A stretch of DNA of 63,495 bases, filler included, from Chrysochromulina tobinii (taxonomy: Eukaryota): NCBI GenBank assembly GCA_001275005.1. It is 9 parts of 9 records of this genome, joined end to end, with 100 filler letters (N's around TTAATTAATTAA, not from the genome) between each part and the next. Parts side by side here need not be neighbours in the genome. Positions count along the whole stretch, not along the records: positions 52,721 to 56,367 come from JWZX01000847.1; positions 56,468 to 59,681 come from JWZX01000848.1; positions 59,782 to 63,495 come from JWZX01000851.1; 6 more parts are not named here. One strand, 5' to 3'. The notes under the pieces are model-generated. The model was not told where the DNA came from. It worked only from the letters and a program-made list of their open reading frames with translations, and made no database searches. Below are positions 52,721 to 63,495 of the stretch, piece by piece; within the stretch, counting starts at the first letter, position 1; each line of letters begins with the position of its first letter. The position numbers were made by a program, and so were the translations under genes.

Positions 52721-55700
52721 CAACGGCTTTGAGTAATGAGAGAGCGACGCGCGCGGTCTGCGTCTCGCCGGGCATCGTGAGCATCGGCGTACCCGCCCAC
52801 AGAGCGTCTGTGCCACTCGTGTGCGCGTTGCAGAGCGCCGAGTCGAGCATCAGGTCGCAGTGCTGTGCGCGGCGTAGGTGTGCCACGTGGCGTACTGTGG
52901 GCAGGCCGATGAGCGCGGTGCGCGGCGGCGGCGAGGCATGCGCATGCGCCTCGCGTCTCAGGTGAGCCTCGCCCGCCGCGGGGAAGCGGAGCAGCCAGAG
53001 GCGCGTGCACGGCGCCCGTGCCGCCGCGCGCGAGAGCGCATTGAGCCATGCGAAGTAGAGTGAGGGGTCCAATTTAGGCAGCTGGTTGAGCGAGCAGAGC
53101 AGTACGCAGTGGGGGGGGAGACTGTCCGCCGAGGGCGGCACGCGACTCCGCAGCAGCTCCGCGTGCGACGCCGCGTAGTCGTTGAGGTAGTACGTGTGGG
53201 GAAGCAGCACTAGGCGCTCGGTGAAGCCTAATTTGGCTAGATGCACGGGCACGGCGGCGGTGTCGACATAAGTGTACTGGATCGCGCCCGGGGCTCCGCA
53301 TGGGCCCGGATAGCCCATGTATGCCGCCCGCACAGGCGCGGCTGCGAGCCCAAAGAGACCGAACCGTACCTGCGATCAGATGCAATCAGATGCAATCAGA
53401 TGCAATCAGATGCAATCAGCGGCAATCAGCGAGCCCAAAGAGACCGAACCGTACCTGCCACCAGATGCAATCAGATGCGATCAGATGCAATCAGAGGCCA
53501 TCAGCGGCCATCAGAGGCAATCAGCGCGCCGGCGTGGCTGTATACGCCCAACGCGCAACTCGTACTGTGTCGGCCGCTGCATTCTAAGGTTGCCCGTTGA
53601 GGTTGATGGCGAGGTGGAGGCAATCAGAGGCAATCAGAGGCAATCAGAGGCAGTCAGAGGCCATCACCGTCTCGGACGCGGCATTCCAATGGTGCCCGTT
53701 GAGGTTGATGGCGAGGTGGAGGCAATCAGAGGCAGTCAGAGGCCATCACCGTCTCGGACGCGGCATTCCAATGGTGCCCGTTGAGGTTGATGGCGAGGTG
53801 GAGGCCCTCGCGAGCCATAGCCTCAATGGCGGCACTGGTAGGCAAGGAGCGAATGCGTGTGAACGAGTCGACTGCGCGGCGAGTCTCGTTAAGGATGGCC
53901 GAGCCGTCGTCATCGGACTCGGCGAAGAGGACCACACGCAGGCGTGATCGGTCGTAGCGCTGGAAAAGCGAGCGCGTGAGCCGGAGCAGATTGTGATCTC
54001 GAAAGTACGACGAGACGAACCCGATCACAAGGCGTGTGAGACGGCCGGTGGCTCCGGTCGGTGCTGACGAAACTTCGGTCGGCGCTGACGAAACTTCGGT
54101 CGGCGCTGACGAAACTTCGGTCGGCGCTGTGCCCGCGGCGGCGACGGCGGCGGCGGCCGTCGAGGGTGCCCGTCGGGGGCGAGGCTGGGTGGGTGCTCGA
54201 CTCGGCGCCTCCTGCAAGCCCAGCTTGGCAGCTGTGGCCGCGCGCGACACCGCCAGCAGCTCCGCGGAGGTGAGAGGCGAAGTGAGCGCCCCGACGGGAT
54301 CAACATTGAGGGTGGGGAGCACCTCAGGGTTGCGAATCGCCGAGCGCAGGAAGGCATTGTACGCGTCCCATGCTCGCCAGTAGGCCATGCTCTTCGCAGC
54401 GCGCCCATACAGGTAGCGCGCCTGGTGCAAGCTCGGGATGCCAACGGCAGCGGATGCACGCGTGTGCTGCTCATCGTCCATCTTTGGGTCCGGGTGTCGA
54501 GCACGTAACAGACGATACGCAGTCTCGTACGCATCCATAGCCTCGGCTCGACGCTCCGCGTAGTCCTGCAAAGAGCCCGCCAGAGGGTCAGATCACATCG
54601 GACGTCATGATCGAGGCCATCAGAGGCCATCAGAGGCCATCAGAGGCCATCGGAGACAATCAAAGGCCATCAGAGGCCATCAGAGGGTAGGAGGAGCACT
54701 TACATGCACGATGCCCACGTCAAGAGCGATCTGTGCCTCACTCGGAGACAGCACTCGCGCCGATCGCAGCCAGTGCAATGCCTCCCCCAGCCTTCCTCTC
54801 TCGCGCAGCACGAGCGCTGCGCCCCGGCGAGCCTCGTGACCCAACGGCGCAAGGTGCGAGGCCGTACGGTAGGCCTCAAGGGCGCGGTCCGCGTCCCCGA
54901 GTGCCTTCCGCGCTGCACCCAAATTTTGGTATGACTCGGCGAAGCCAGGCGCGACGCCGACAGCGACTTCAAAGGCGCTGGCCGCCTCAGCAAAGCGCCG
55001 TGCGCTATAGTGCGCCACCCCGATGTTCGAGCGTGACTCGGCATGCCGGGGATTGCGTCGCGCCGCGCGCTGCCAATGCGCCTCCGCTTCCGCGCCACGG
55101 CCGAGCACGTAGAGCACGTTACCGGCCTCAAAGGCGGCACTTGCCGCGAGGTCCATGAGCGAACGCTCGTTGTCCGGGATGGTGGTGGCGAGGCTCACCG
55201 GTAGGTGTCCAGGCCTTGCGCTCGCCGTCGCCGTGCCGCCATCGCCGGAGGAGGCAGCCGCACGGCGTGTCGCTTGCAGGCGCGTGGTGCGTGCCATGAG
55301 GTTGCGCTCCGCCGCTGCAAATGCTCGCAGTGCGCTCTCGCGCCGGTCCAGACGCACCTACGATCGAAGGACATCAGGGAGCTCATCAGAGGCGATCAGA
55401 GGTCATCAGAGGTCATCAGAGGTCATCAGAGGTCATTAGAGGTCATTAGAGGTCATTAGAGGCGATCAGAGGCGATCAGAGGCGATCAGAGGCGATCAGA
55501 GGCGATCAGAGGCGATCAGAGGCGATCAGAGACCTCGCGCTGCCCGAGACGCACCTCACAGAGCCCCAACCAAAGCTGTGACTCTCCATACCGCACGTCG
55601 ATCGTGACCGCCCGTTGCAGGAGCGGATGCGCCTGCTCGAGCCGCTGCGTCGGTCTGCATGCGGGCTGCTGCGCTGCCGGGTCGCTTGGCTGGCTCGGAC

Positions 55701-55917
55701 GCTGGCGGTGACGGAACTTTCAGTGGCGCGCCCAGCAGGCACTCCGAAGCAGCCACGCGTGCGCACCGTGCTGCGCCGCTGCCAACACGAGCTTCAGTCG
55801 CCTGATTGAGCAACTGCACGCGATCCTCCCATGTGGAACCTCGGTTGCCATCTGCATCTTTGCGCGGCACATGCTGAGCAGGCCACAGACCGCCGCAGAT
55901 GAGTTTGACTGGCACAT
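52721..55917 (-). CDS. O-GlcNAc transferase-like (GT41, OGT/SPINDLY family) with N-terminal TPRs, 3'-truncated
   Basis: TPRs; LVIGFVSSYFRDHN, INLNGH...APVRAAYMGYPG, FTERLVLLPHTYYLND, NQLPKLDP, LWLLRFP, CNAHTSGTDALWAGTP; phase-0 introns 55358-55554, 54566-54703 and 53370-53749; 5' end uncertain. Confidence 0.88.
53370..53749 (-). other. 380-bp repeat-filled intron with long copies of both flanking exons
   Basis: The upstream exon end (CCTCCACCTCGCCATCAACCTCAACGGGCA...) is copied twice and the downstream start GCAG|GTACGGTTCGGTCTCTTTGGGCTCGC once. Confidence 0.8.
54566..54703 (-). other. Intron of (CTGATGGCCT)n
   Basis: GTAAGT donor, TTGCAG acceptor, phase 0. Confidence 0.85.
55358..55554 (-). 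other. Intron of (CTGATCGCCT)n/(CTRATGACCT)n with degenerate junction duplication
   Basis: AG|GTGCGTCT...GCGCGAG at both ends. Confidence 0.8.
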
Positions 55918-56467
55918 GCAATTCGAGGCACATGCAATTGCCGCTCGCAGATAGCAGTCCGCGGCCGTCTCAAACCCACCTCCACTGGAACTCGAGGGCG
56001 GCGCAGAGGCCCAGCCGCGTCTTCGGAGTCATGGGCAGCCGAGGCAGTTTAGTGGGATGTCTGCATTGAGGGATGTTCGACTGGGGTGTTTCGTGATTTG
56101 AACCGCTGAAGTCTACAAGTCTTCACACAAAGAAAAGGGTTGGTGAGTACGATGATACACGATAGCTGCCACCACTGGGGGTGTCACACTTAGGCACACA
56201 TTCACTTTCACACAAGGTTCCTCTTAGACTGCACCACGCCTTTGGTTCACCCTAACCGCACTACACTTCGCTCTGAAGCTTGCGGCCGCGCAACGACTGC
56301 ACGGCAGCGCCCACCGCCACCAGGCGACACATGACGTACGACAGCGCTTCGGCTCTGTCGGCCGCGTNNNNNNNNNNNNNNNNNNNNNNNNNNNNNNNNN
56401 NNNNNNNNNNNTTAATTAATTAANNNNNNNNNNNNNNNNNNNNNNNNNNNNNNNNNNNNNNNNNNNN

Positions 56468-56790
56468 GGGAAGTCCCTTCTCGGTGGAGGCGTTGTCGCT
56501 GCACGCTGAGGCATCGCAGTGCAAGCTGAGGGGAAACGCCCTCGTGGCGGCCGTGGCGCGGAAGCCGATGGCGTTTGAGATCGACTTTGTCGATGCGCTC
56601 GGCAACCCCGCGGCGGCCGAGGAACTCGACGTGCGGCTCGAGAGGGCGGAGCCCCTGCCGCCGGAGGCGGCGCCCGTCGGCATTGATGGTGACGAGGGGG
56701 GGCAGGATGCCGAGGCGCTGGCGGAGGAGAAGGCCGCGTTCGCACCGGGACCTCGCTTCTCCATCGCCCAGCCGTGTGCTGCTGCGGCCA
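56468..56790 (+). pseudogene. Filamin/Ig-repeat-like fragment
   Basis: AEASQCKLRGNALVAAVARKPMAFEIDFVDALGNP resembles the start of a filamin repeat. Confidence 0.4.
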
Positions 56791-56796
56791 GCCTCG

Positions 56797-57813
56797 ATGT
56801 TGGCCACATCGTCGCAGTGCGCTGTGCTGGCTGCTCCGACGGCGGTGCTTAGCCGAGCGTTGCAAATCGCGCCTGCGCTGAAATCTTACGCTCCTCGTGG
56901 CCCGCCGGACCGGCCGCCGAAGCCAACGTGGGAGGACCCAGAGACTGCATCGCGCGAGGCGTTGCTGCAGTTCATCGATCCTTACGAGAAGGACCCAGAC
57001 CGGGGCGAGCCCGGGCGCCGCTGGCGCGCCGCGGAGTTGCGGCTGAAGAGCAACGAGGACTTGCAGAAGCTCTGGATCGTGCTGCTCCGGGAGCGCAACA
57101 TGTTGCACAGCACGCACGCGCATGCTGCACAAGAAGCGCAAGACGAAGATGCCGCACCTAGGTCGTGTCCAGGCGACGCGCAAGAGCATGGCCATGATCA
57201 AGGTCGTGCTCGGCGAGCGCCAGCGCGCCAGGCAGGAGCGCGACGAGCGCCTCGCCGCCGAGCACCTTCGCGAGTGCATGCTGACGCAGATTGATCTCGC
57301 ACGCAGCGAGGTGTGGCCGCCGTTCGTCCCGGGGGCGTCGCGCGAGCTGCCGCTCGCGGCGGCGCACTCGTTCACCATCTTGCTGCGCACCACCGATGGG
57401 AGCACGCCCGAGAAGGATCCTCCGGCGCGGACGCGCTCGCCATCGAGATGCGATACAAGGGCGAGCTGTTGCCCTCGAACTTGGTCGAGGTGCGAATGCA
57501 TCGGCAGCCCCCGGCGAAGTCGCGTCCTGACCAAGTGCGTTACAACTGCCACGTGTGCGTGGGCGGTCAGGCCATCCCCGCCGCCGACTTCCTTCGCCCT
57601 GGCTCCGAGGAGGAGCTCGGCGACCCTCTGAGCCTCGAGGTGAGTGCGACGCTGTACGGGGAGCCGCTCGGGGAGGGGGCGGTGCCGGTGCGTGTGCACC
57701 CTTCCAAGCGGCGAAAGCGGCTCGCGGCGCTCGCGGCGATCAATCGGGCGATGTCCGCCAAGCTGCGTGAGCGAAAGGAGGCGGCGGCGAAGGGCTTCGA
57801 TGAGATGCCATGA
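56797..57813 (+). pseudogene. MRPL47: Mitochondrial ribosomal protein L47 (uL29m) with C-terminal extension; two frameshifts
   Basis: GRRWRAAELRLKSNEDLQKLWIVLLRERNML, then a frame change at a CACG duplication (~57112) to RVQATRKSMAMIKVVLGER; second shift at about 57427. Confidence 0.8.
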
Positions 57814-58227
57814 GCACATGGCCATGTTGAGCCATTTCGAGCTCCCAGTCCCGCGCCGGGCCCGCATCGGCTCCCACGACCGTAGAAACCGAAACGGCGC
57901 GTGAGGTCCACTACGTGCTGTTTTCTCTTTCTGGGTTAGAGAGTCGGGGCAAGTGTGTCCGTGTGTCGTCTCGTGTCCCTGGCGAGATGCGCATTATTTA
58001 ACATATGCGAGGCGATGCCCAAAATGCACACATGAGTGCAGCGGGGCCGCATGCAGAAATGCCCATCACACAGAGAACAGATGCGGTGTACCTGATGCAC
58101 TGACTTTTTCGTCGCATACTAGCTTTAGGTCGCCAATCGCTGCAGCACGCTGCCTCCTACCGACGTGGTTGCAGGGGTGTGCCAACGGCCCGCCCGACCT
58201 AGACATGAGAGCGGGCGCCGCTTCCGC

Positions 58228-59373
58228 TCATGAGGTGTAGTCGCCTTTCTCGACGAGGCGGATGTCTGCGGCGACCATCTCCTTGCAGAGAGACTGCATC
58301 GTTGTCTTAGGCACCCACCCAAGCTTCACCTTGGCCTTGGTCGGGTCGCCGATGAGCAGTTCCACCTCGGTCGGGCGGAAGTACTTGGGGTCGATCTTGA
58401 CGAACTCGCGCCCTCTCGCCGCACAATAGCCTATCTCGTCCACTCCCTTGCCTTTCCACAGGATCTTGATGTCGATGCACTCGAAGGCGAGTTCAATGAA
58501 GGAGCGCACCGTGTTCGTCTCGCCGGTGGCGACGACGTAGTCGTCCGCCTCTGCCTGCTGCATCATCATCCACATCATTTCGACGTAGTCGCGCGCGTGT
58601 CCCCAGTCGCGCTTCGCGTCGATGTTGCCCATGTACAGGCAGTCCTGCTTGCCCAGCTTGATGCGCGCCACCGCGCGCGTCACCTTGCGGGTCACAAACG
58701 TGGGCCCGCGGCGCGGTGACTCGTGGTTGAAGAGGATGCCGTTGGAGGCATGCATGCCGTACGCCTCGCGATAGTTGACCACGATCCAGTAGGCGTACTG
58801 CTTGGCGACGGCGTACGGCGAGCGCGGATAGAAGGGCGTCGTCTCCTTTTGCGGCACCTCCTGAACGAGCCCGTACAGCTCCGAGGTGGACGCCTGGTAG
58901 AAGCGCGTCTTTTGCTCAAGGCCGGCCGAGCGGATCGCATTGAGCAGCCGAAGCACGCCGAGCCCGTCCGCGTCGGCGGTGTACTCGGACAGCTCGAACG
59001 ACACCTTGACGTGCGACTGCGCGCCCAGGTTGTACAACTCGTCCGGCCTCACCTTGCTGACGATCTCAAAGCAGTTGGTCGAGTCGGTGAGGTCACCGTA
59101 GTGCAGGAACAGCCTGCGCGTGTCGACGTGTGGGTCCTCGTACAGCTCCTCGATGCGCCCGGTGTTGAAGGACGACGAGCGGCGGATGATGCCGTGCACC
59201 TCGTAGCCCTTGCTCAGCAGCAGCTCAGCGAGGTACGAGCCATCCTGGCCCGTGATGCCGGTGATCAGGGCAACCTTTGGTGGGGTGGATTTCTGCTTCT
59301 TCGACGATGGAGATTCAGATTCGGCCACCTCTCTGTGTCGGGTGGCCATGAAGGTGTTTGACTCCGCGCTCAT
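58228..59373 (-). CDS. gmd: GDP-mannose 4,6-dehydratase
   Basis: [70 protein letters not shown]; intronless. Confidence 0.97.
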   Translation of the reverse strand: MSAESNTFMATRHREVAESESPSSKKQKSTPPKVALITGITGQDGSYLAELLLSKGYEVHGIIRRSSSFNTGRIEELYEDPHVDTRRLFLHYGDLTDSTNCFEIVSKVRPDELYNLGAQSHVKVSFELSEYTADADGLGVLRLLNAIRSAGLEQKTRFYQASTSELYGLVQEVPQKETTPFYPRSPYAVAKQYAYWIVVNYREAYGMHASNGILFNHESPRRGPTFVTRKVTRAVARIKLGKQDCLYMGNIDAKRDWGHARDYVEMMWMMMQQAEADDYVVATGETNTVRSFIELAFECIDIKILWKGKGVDEIGYCAARGREFVKIDPKYFRPTEVELLIGDPTKAKVKLGWVPKTTMQSLCKEMVAADIRLVEKGDYTS

Positions 59374-60143
59374 CGCGCGCGCTCTTTCCGAATGCACTTG
59401 AGGGGATCCGCATCCTGATTCCGTCTTACACTCTGAACTCATGCATGCAGCTCGCACAGGGAGATCTCGATGCGCGGAAGATAAAAGTTAATTCGACATG
59501 TAGCTAACGCGATTAGGCTAACCGTCCCGGAGCATACTTGGCCGAAGTCCGAGATCCCACAGATCCGCTCGCTCTTTCTTGCGGCGGGCTCTATCTTGCG
59601 AAGTGCGAATCCTCGTCGTGCAGCGAGCACCATGAAGGCCGTGCAGGCAAAAAGACGCGACGGCTTGAGTGTCAAGGCTCGNNNNNNNNNNNNNNNNNNN
59701 NNNNNNNNNNNNNNNNNNNNNNNNNTTAATTAATTAANNNNNNNNNNNNNNNNNNNNNNNNNNNNNNNNNNNNNNNNNNNNGTCTGTCGAGATAAGATGT
59801 TGAGACCCAACCCTCGAACACATGTTCACATGAACGACCGCAAAGGCGCCGCAACGTGAAGGCACAAGTAAGGTGTGTGTATTCTGAGCGGGCAGTAACA
59901 GTGCCGTAGCACCGGCTGTCGCGCCTGTCGTGTTAACGTTCACACACGGACAAGTCGAAAATCGGGCTCCACCGCAAAATCCTATCGTTTCGCGCACGCA
60001 CTAATTTCACGCTGGCGGTTAATCTCTGAGGCTTCCCTCCGGTAAAAAGACACCGGGGGGAGCCGGGACACACAGGCTTCCCTTCGGAATTCAGACGAAA
60101 CCGGGGGTGGGGAAGAATGGAGCGAGAGTGGGCGCGGCGCCAA

Positions 60144-63100
60144 ATGAGACACCACGCTTGCATTGCCTTCCTGCTCATCGCCGTCGCCCTGGGCGCGCGC
60201 GCCGAGAGCATGGCCTCTACTTCCTTTGATGGGGCTGAGGTGCCTTGGGCTCGGGCGTGCCGTCAGCTCTTCCTCGGCGCCACTTTGCCTCCCCCACCGT
60301 CTCTCTGTACGGGCGCTTGCGTGTTCGTCTCGGAGGACGATTGCAACGACAACGACGGCGCTCCCGGCTCCGAGTTCCCGATGTGCGCGTACTGCACCAG
60401 CTGCGTGGACTGCTGCCCGCGCGTGCCGAGAGCGCCGCCCACTCCGCCGGCGGGGACCCCCTTTGGTACTGGCAGCCTCGGACGCCGCCGAGTACCCGAA
60501 TGGCCAGTTGGGCACCGACGGCGCCGACTACGGCCCAGGCCAATCGCTACCATCGCCGGCGGTCAACCCAGCCCCCTTGCGTGCCGGCACTGGCATCTGC
60601 ACGAAGGCGTGTTTCTTCGACGCCGATTGCGACGAAGGCGGCCCCGGCTCCGAGTTCCCGATGCCCATCATGGACATCGCCGCCGTGGGCACCCATGAAA
60701 CACGCGCCGCCGCAGGTACTAACCACGCCGTCATGGGCACCATACGTGCCGCTATGGGCACATTACGCGCCGTCGTGAGCATGACGTGCGCCGGCATGGG
60801 CACCGTACGTGCCGTCATGGGCAACATGCGTGACGTCGTGAGCACATCACGCGCTGTCGTGGGCATAATACACGCCGTCGTGGGCACTGTACGTGCCGTC
60901 ATGGGCAACTTGCGCGCCGTCATGGGCAACTTGCGCGCCGTCATGGGCAACGTGCGTGCCGTCGTGAGCATGTCGTGCGCCGTCATGGGCACATTACGCG
61001 CCGTCAAGAGCACTATACGCGACTTCGCGAGCACTACGCGCGCCGACATGGGCACCATGAGCGCCGTCGCGAGCACCAAGCCGGCCTCGGGCAAGTGCCT
61101 TGCGTCTATTGGCGTTGAGAGCACTGGCGGCATCTACGTGTACGACGTCAGCACGCCCGCCCAGCCCCGCTTCCGGGACGTCCTCAACGTGTGCAACTGG
61201 CGCTTGGGCGACCTCACGTGCGGCGAGACCTGCTTCTACGTCTCAGGTGGCGACGGCGACGACGGTGTCGCCGGCACGGAAAGCTACCTCATCGAGCTCA
61301 CCTGCCATCTCATCCAGGAACGAACCCAGACGATACCTGACGAACCCTACCTCATCGAGCTCACCTGCAATCTCAACGATGGCCCCAAGTCTCTCGTCTG
61401 CATCTGGGCCGCATCTCGTCTGCATCTTGTCTGCATCTCGTCTGCATCTCGTCTGCATCTCGTCTGCATCTGGGCCGCCGACTCGCCTCTCGGCCTCTAT
61501 GATGTGTTCCTGGCGGCCACGCCGCTGGCAGGCGGCCTCACGGCGTACATCATCGAGTGCGGTCCACTGCGCGGCAACGACGGCTCGTGCTCGAACTCGG
61601 CGCCATCCCCGTACCTGTCCACCGCGGTCGGCGGCACTCGTCTCTACCGCAACCGGGATGGCAAGTCCACCATCGAGCCGCGCGCCATCTGCCGCTATGC
61701 TGCATGCATCGAGCCGCGCGCCATCTGCCACTATGCTGCGTGCATTGGCGCCGTCCGTAACTCAACGACGGCCGACGGACTCCGCAAGGTCGCGCCCAAG
61801 GTCGTTGAGATCGCACTCGAGAAGCTCTTTATCAAGGGCACGATTGGGGACGCCGATGTCAAGTACACGTTCCTGTACGACCAGACGAACGCGAGCGAGG
61901 ACACGGCGGGCGACCCCATGGAGAAGGCGGCGGGCTTGGACGGTATGCCTTGGGAGCGGGTGGAGTGCTTTGACCTCGCACTCGTGCTGCTCAGGCTCGC
62001 GTCGTTCGTCTGGGCGGTTTGCGCGTCGTCGCGGAGACGATCGGGTCCGAAGGAGCGCTTTGCGAATCAGACGCACCGTAACCAGCGCTTCGCATTGGCC
62101 TTGCTCGTGCTCCTCGTCCCGCGGTCGAGTGCCATGGCGACAACGGCACCCCCCGATGGGACTGATGCGCATCGGGCAGCACCCTCCGATGGGACTGATG
62201 CGCATCGGGCAGAGTCGGTGCAGACGCCGCCGCTGCGGCATCGGGCAGCGTCGGCGCAGACACCGCCCCTGCGGTCGCCGCCGCTCACTCAACTCTGCGC
62301 CGATGATATGAACAGCGGCGCCTTGGACTCGAGCGGTGCACCCTTGCCGTGCTCCTACTTCTCAGCACAGGCCTCTGTTTGCGCTTCCTACTCCATCGCG
62401 CGGACCAAGTGCCCGGTCGCTTGTAGCACGTGTCCGCCACCACCGCCCGACCCCTCGGAAAAAATGGTCTTGTCAGGCGCCGAAACGAGCGACCATCCAC
62501 CGCGCCCGCTGCCGCCACTGCCGCCACCCCGGCCGCCGCTCGCGCCACCCCCATCGATGCCCCGTCCCAAGCTGCCACGGAACCTTTCGAGCCTTGGCCC
62601 GATGACGCCACCTGCAACCTCGCCGCCACCGCCACCGCCACCGTGGCACTCGCTGAGGCCACCGCCACCGCCGTGTCCGCCGCCCTCGCCTCCGTCGCTT
62701 GTGGCGCCCAACTACAACGTGATCCCGACGGCGGGATGCACCGGCGCCAACGAGCACGGCGTCTATGATCCTGATACTCTTGCGACTTGCGCCGCGCGTT
62801 GCGACGCCGTACCGACGTGCATCTCTTTTGAGTTTCAAACGAGCGATGGCAAGTGCCAGTTGTCGAGCTCGTGCAACCAGGCCTCAGCAGGCTACGTATT
62901 GGGCGGTACCTTCAACCTCTACATTAAGCGGCGCGACGGTTGGCTCTCGCCGCCGACGCCGCCCCCGCCCCCACCCATGCCGCGACCGCCGATTCCACCT
63001 CCTCCACCCGTTCGAATGCCCATCCACCGCCGTGAGCTGCAGCATGCTCAGCCACCGCCCTCGCCGCCACCACCTTCTCCTTCTCCTTCTCCTTTACCTC

Positions 63101-63495
63101 CTCCGCCGTCGCCGCCGTTGCCGCCGTCACACCCGCCGTTACCGCCGAGGGAGAAGCACGATCACATTCGCGCGATGGAGAAGCACGATCACGCTCCACA
63201 CGACGCCGCCACCGCCGCCGCCGCCGCCCTCACCGCCGCTCTCGCCTGGCTTCCTGAAGGTCACGGCGAAAAACGTACCACCGATGAGGAGCCAGCCGGA
63301 AAGTGGCAGGATGGCTTGGTGCACCACCAGCACGTACCAACGAGATCAAATCATCGGCAGATGATATTTCATGGCCACCATCCACACCATCCACACACAC
63401 CGCACACGCACTACCCACCGCCGCCCTTGCCACCGCCGCCCTCGCCTCCCCCGCCTTCACCCCCGCCGCCCTCGCCTTTTCTGCCTCCCCCGTCG
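60144..63495 (+). CDS. Mosaic secreted or surface Pro/Cys-rich protein, 3'-truncated, one frameshift near 60470
   Basis: Signal peptide MRHHACIAFLLIAVALG; from about 60481 one frame stays open to the window end (not in ORF track): Cys module, 7-aa repeats, choice-of-anchor-I-like segment (GVESTGGIYVYDVSTPAQPRF), ShK-like CPVACSTC, PAN/apple CAARCDAVPTCISFEF, poly-Pro. Confidence 0.6.
60700..61080 (+). repeat. 21-bp coding tandem repeat (GCCGTCATGGGCAACTTGCGC-like; AVMGNLR heptads)
   Basis: About 17 degenerate units read directly. Confidence 0.9.

Noticed and set aside
14344..59373. Apparent glycosylation cluster (GT29, GH16, GT2-like, GT25-like, PLOD-like, OGT, gmd)
   Set aside because: The genes lie on four different contigs joined artificially, and glycosyltransferases are abundant in such genomes.
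7567..59781. Recurring TTAATTAATTAA palindrome flanked by N runs
   Set aside because: Artificial six-frame-stop contig linker, not biology; ORFs ending in X...LIN are artefacts.

Overview
GC-rich eukaryotic DNA, most likely a haptophyte alga (Chrysochromulina/Prymnesiales-like; inferred from GC-AG introns, 9-11-bp TGAT-core intronic tandem repeats and the gene repertoire). The window is not one locus: it is nine contigs joined by eight identical artificial 100-bp spacers (44N-TTAATTAATTAA-44N), so gene neighbourhoods only mean something within a contig. Genes include a large unannotated ORF running off the left edge (TRPM-like motif plus possible C2 and LamG-like segments), an EF-hand+Myb protein with an inverted partial paralog, two single-pass TKL receptor-like kinases (one with 14 FG-GAP repeats), a bacterial-type PTPS pseudogene, GT29, TPR, GH16-like, histone H2A.X with a 3' stem-loop, a papain-like protease-domain gene, several GT-A-like glycosyltransferases, an ER RDEL protein, an ARM protein, a giant coiled-coil gene, a retrotransposon gag, a decayed PIF/Harbinger transposase, an OGT/GT41 gene, a frameshifted MRPL47, gmd and a mosaic Pro/Cys-rich surface protein. 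The strongest signal is a family of 17 predicted introns built from tandem arrays of a branch-point-like (C/T)TGAT unit. Fourteen carry direct-repeat copies of the flanking exon sequence and some carry copies of the spliced exon-exon junction, suggesting a duplication-plus-repeat-fill route of intron birth and growth. Other highlights are hypervariable loops in the homogenised FG-GAP array and two non-coding elements with compensatory base-pair changes. All splice sites are predicted from sequence and frame restoration only, and family assignments rest on recognised motifs, not database searches.
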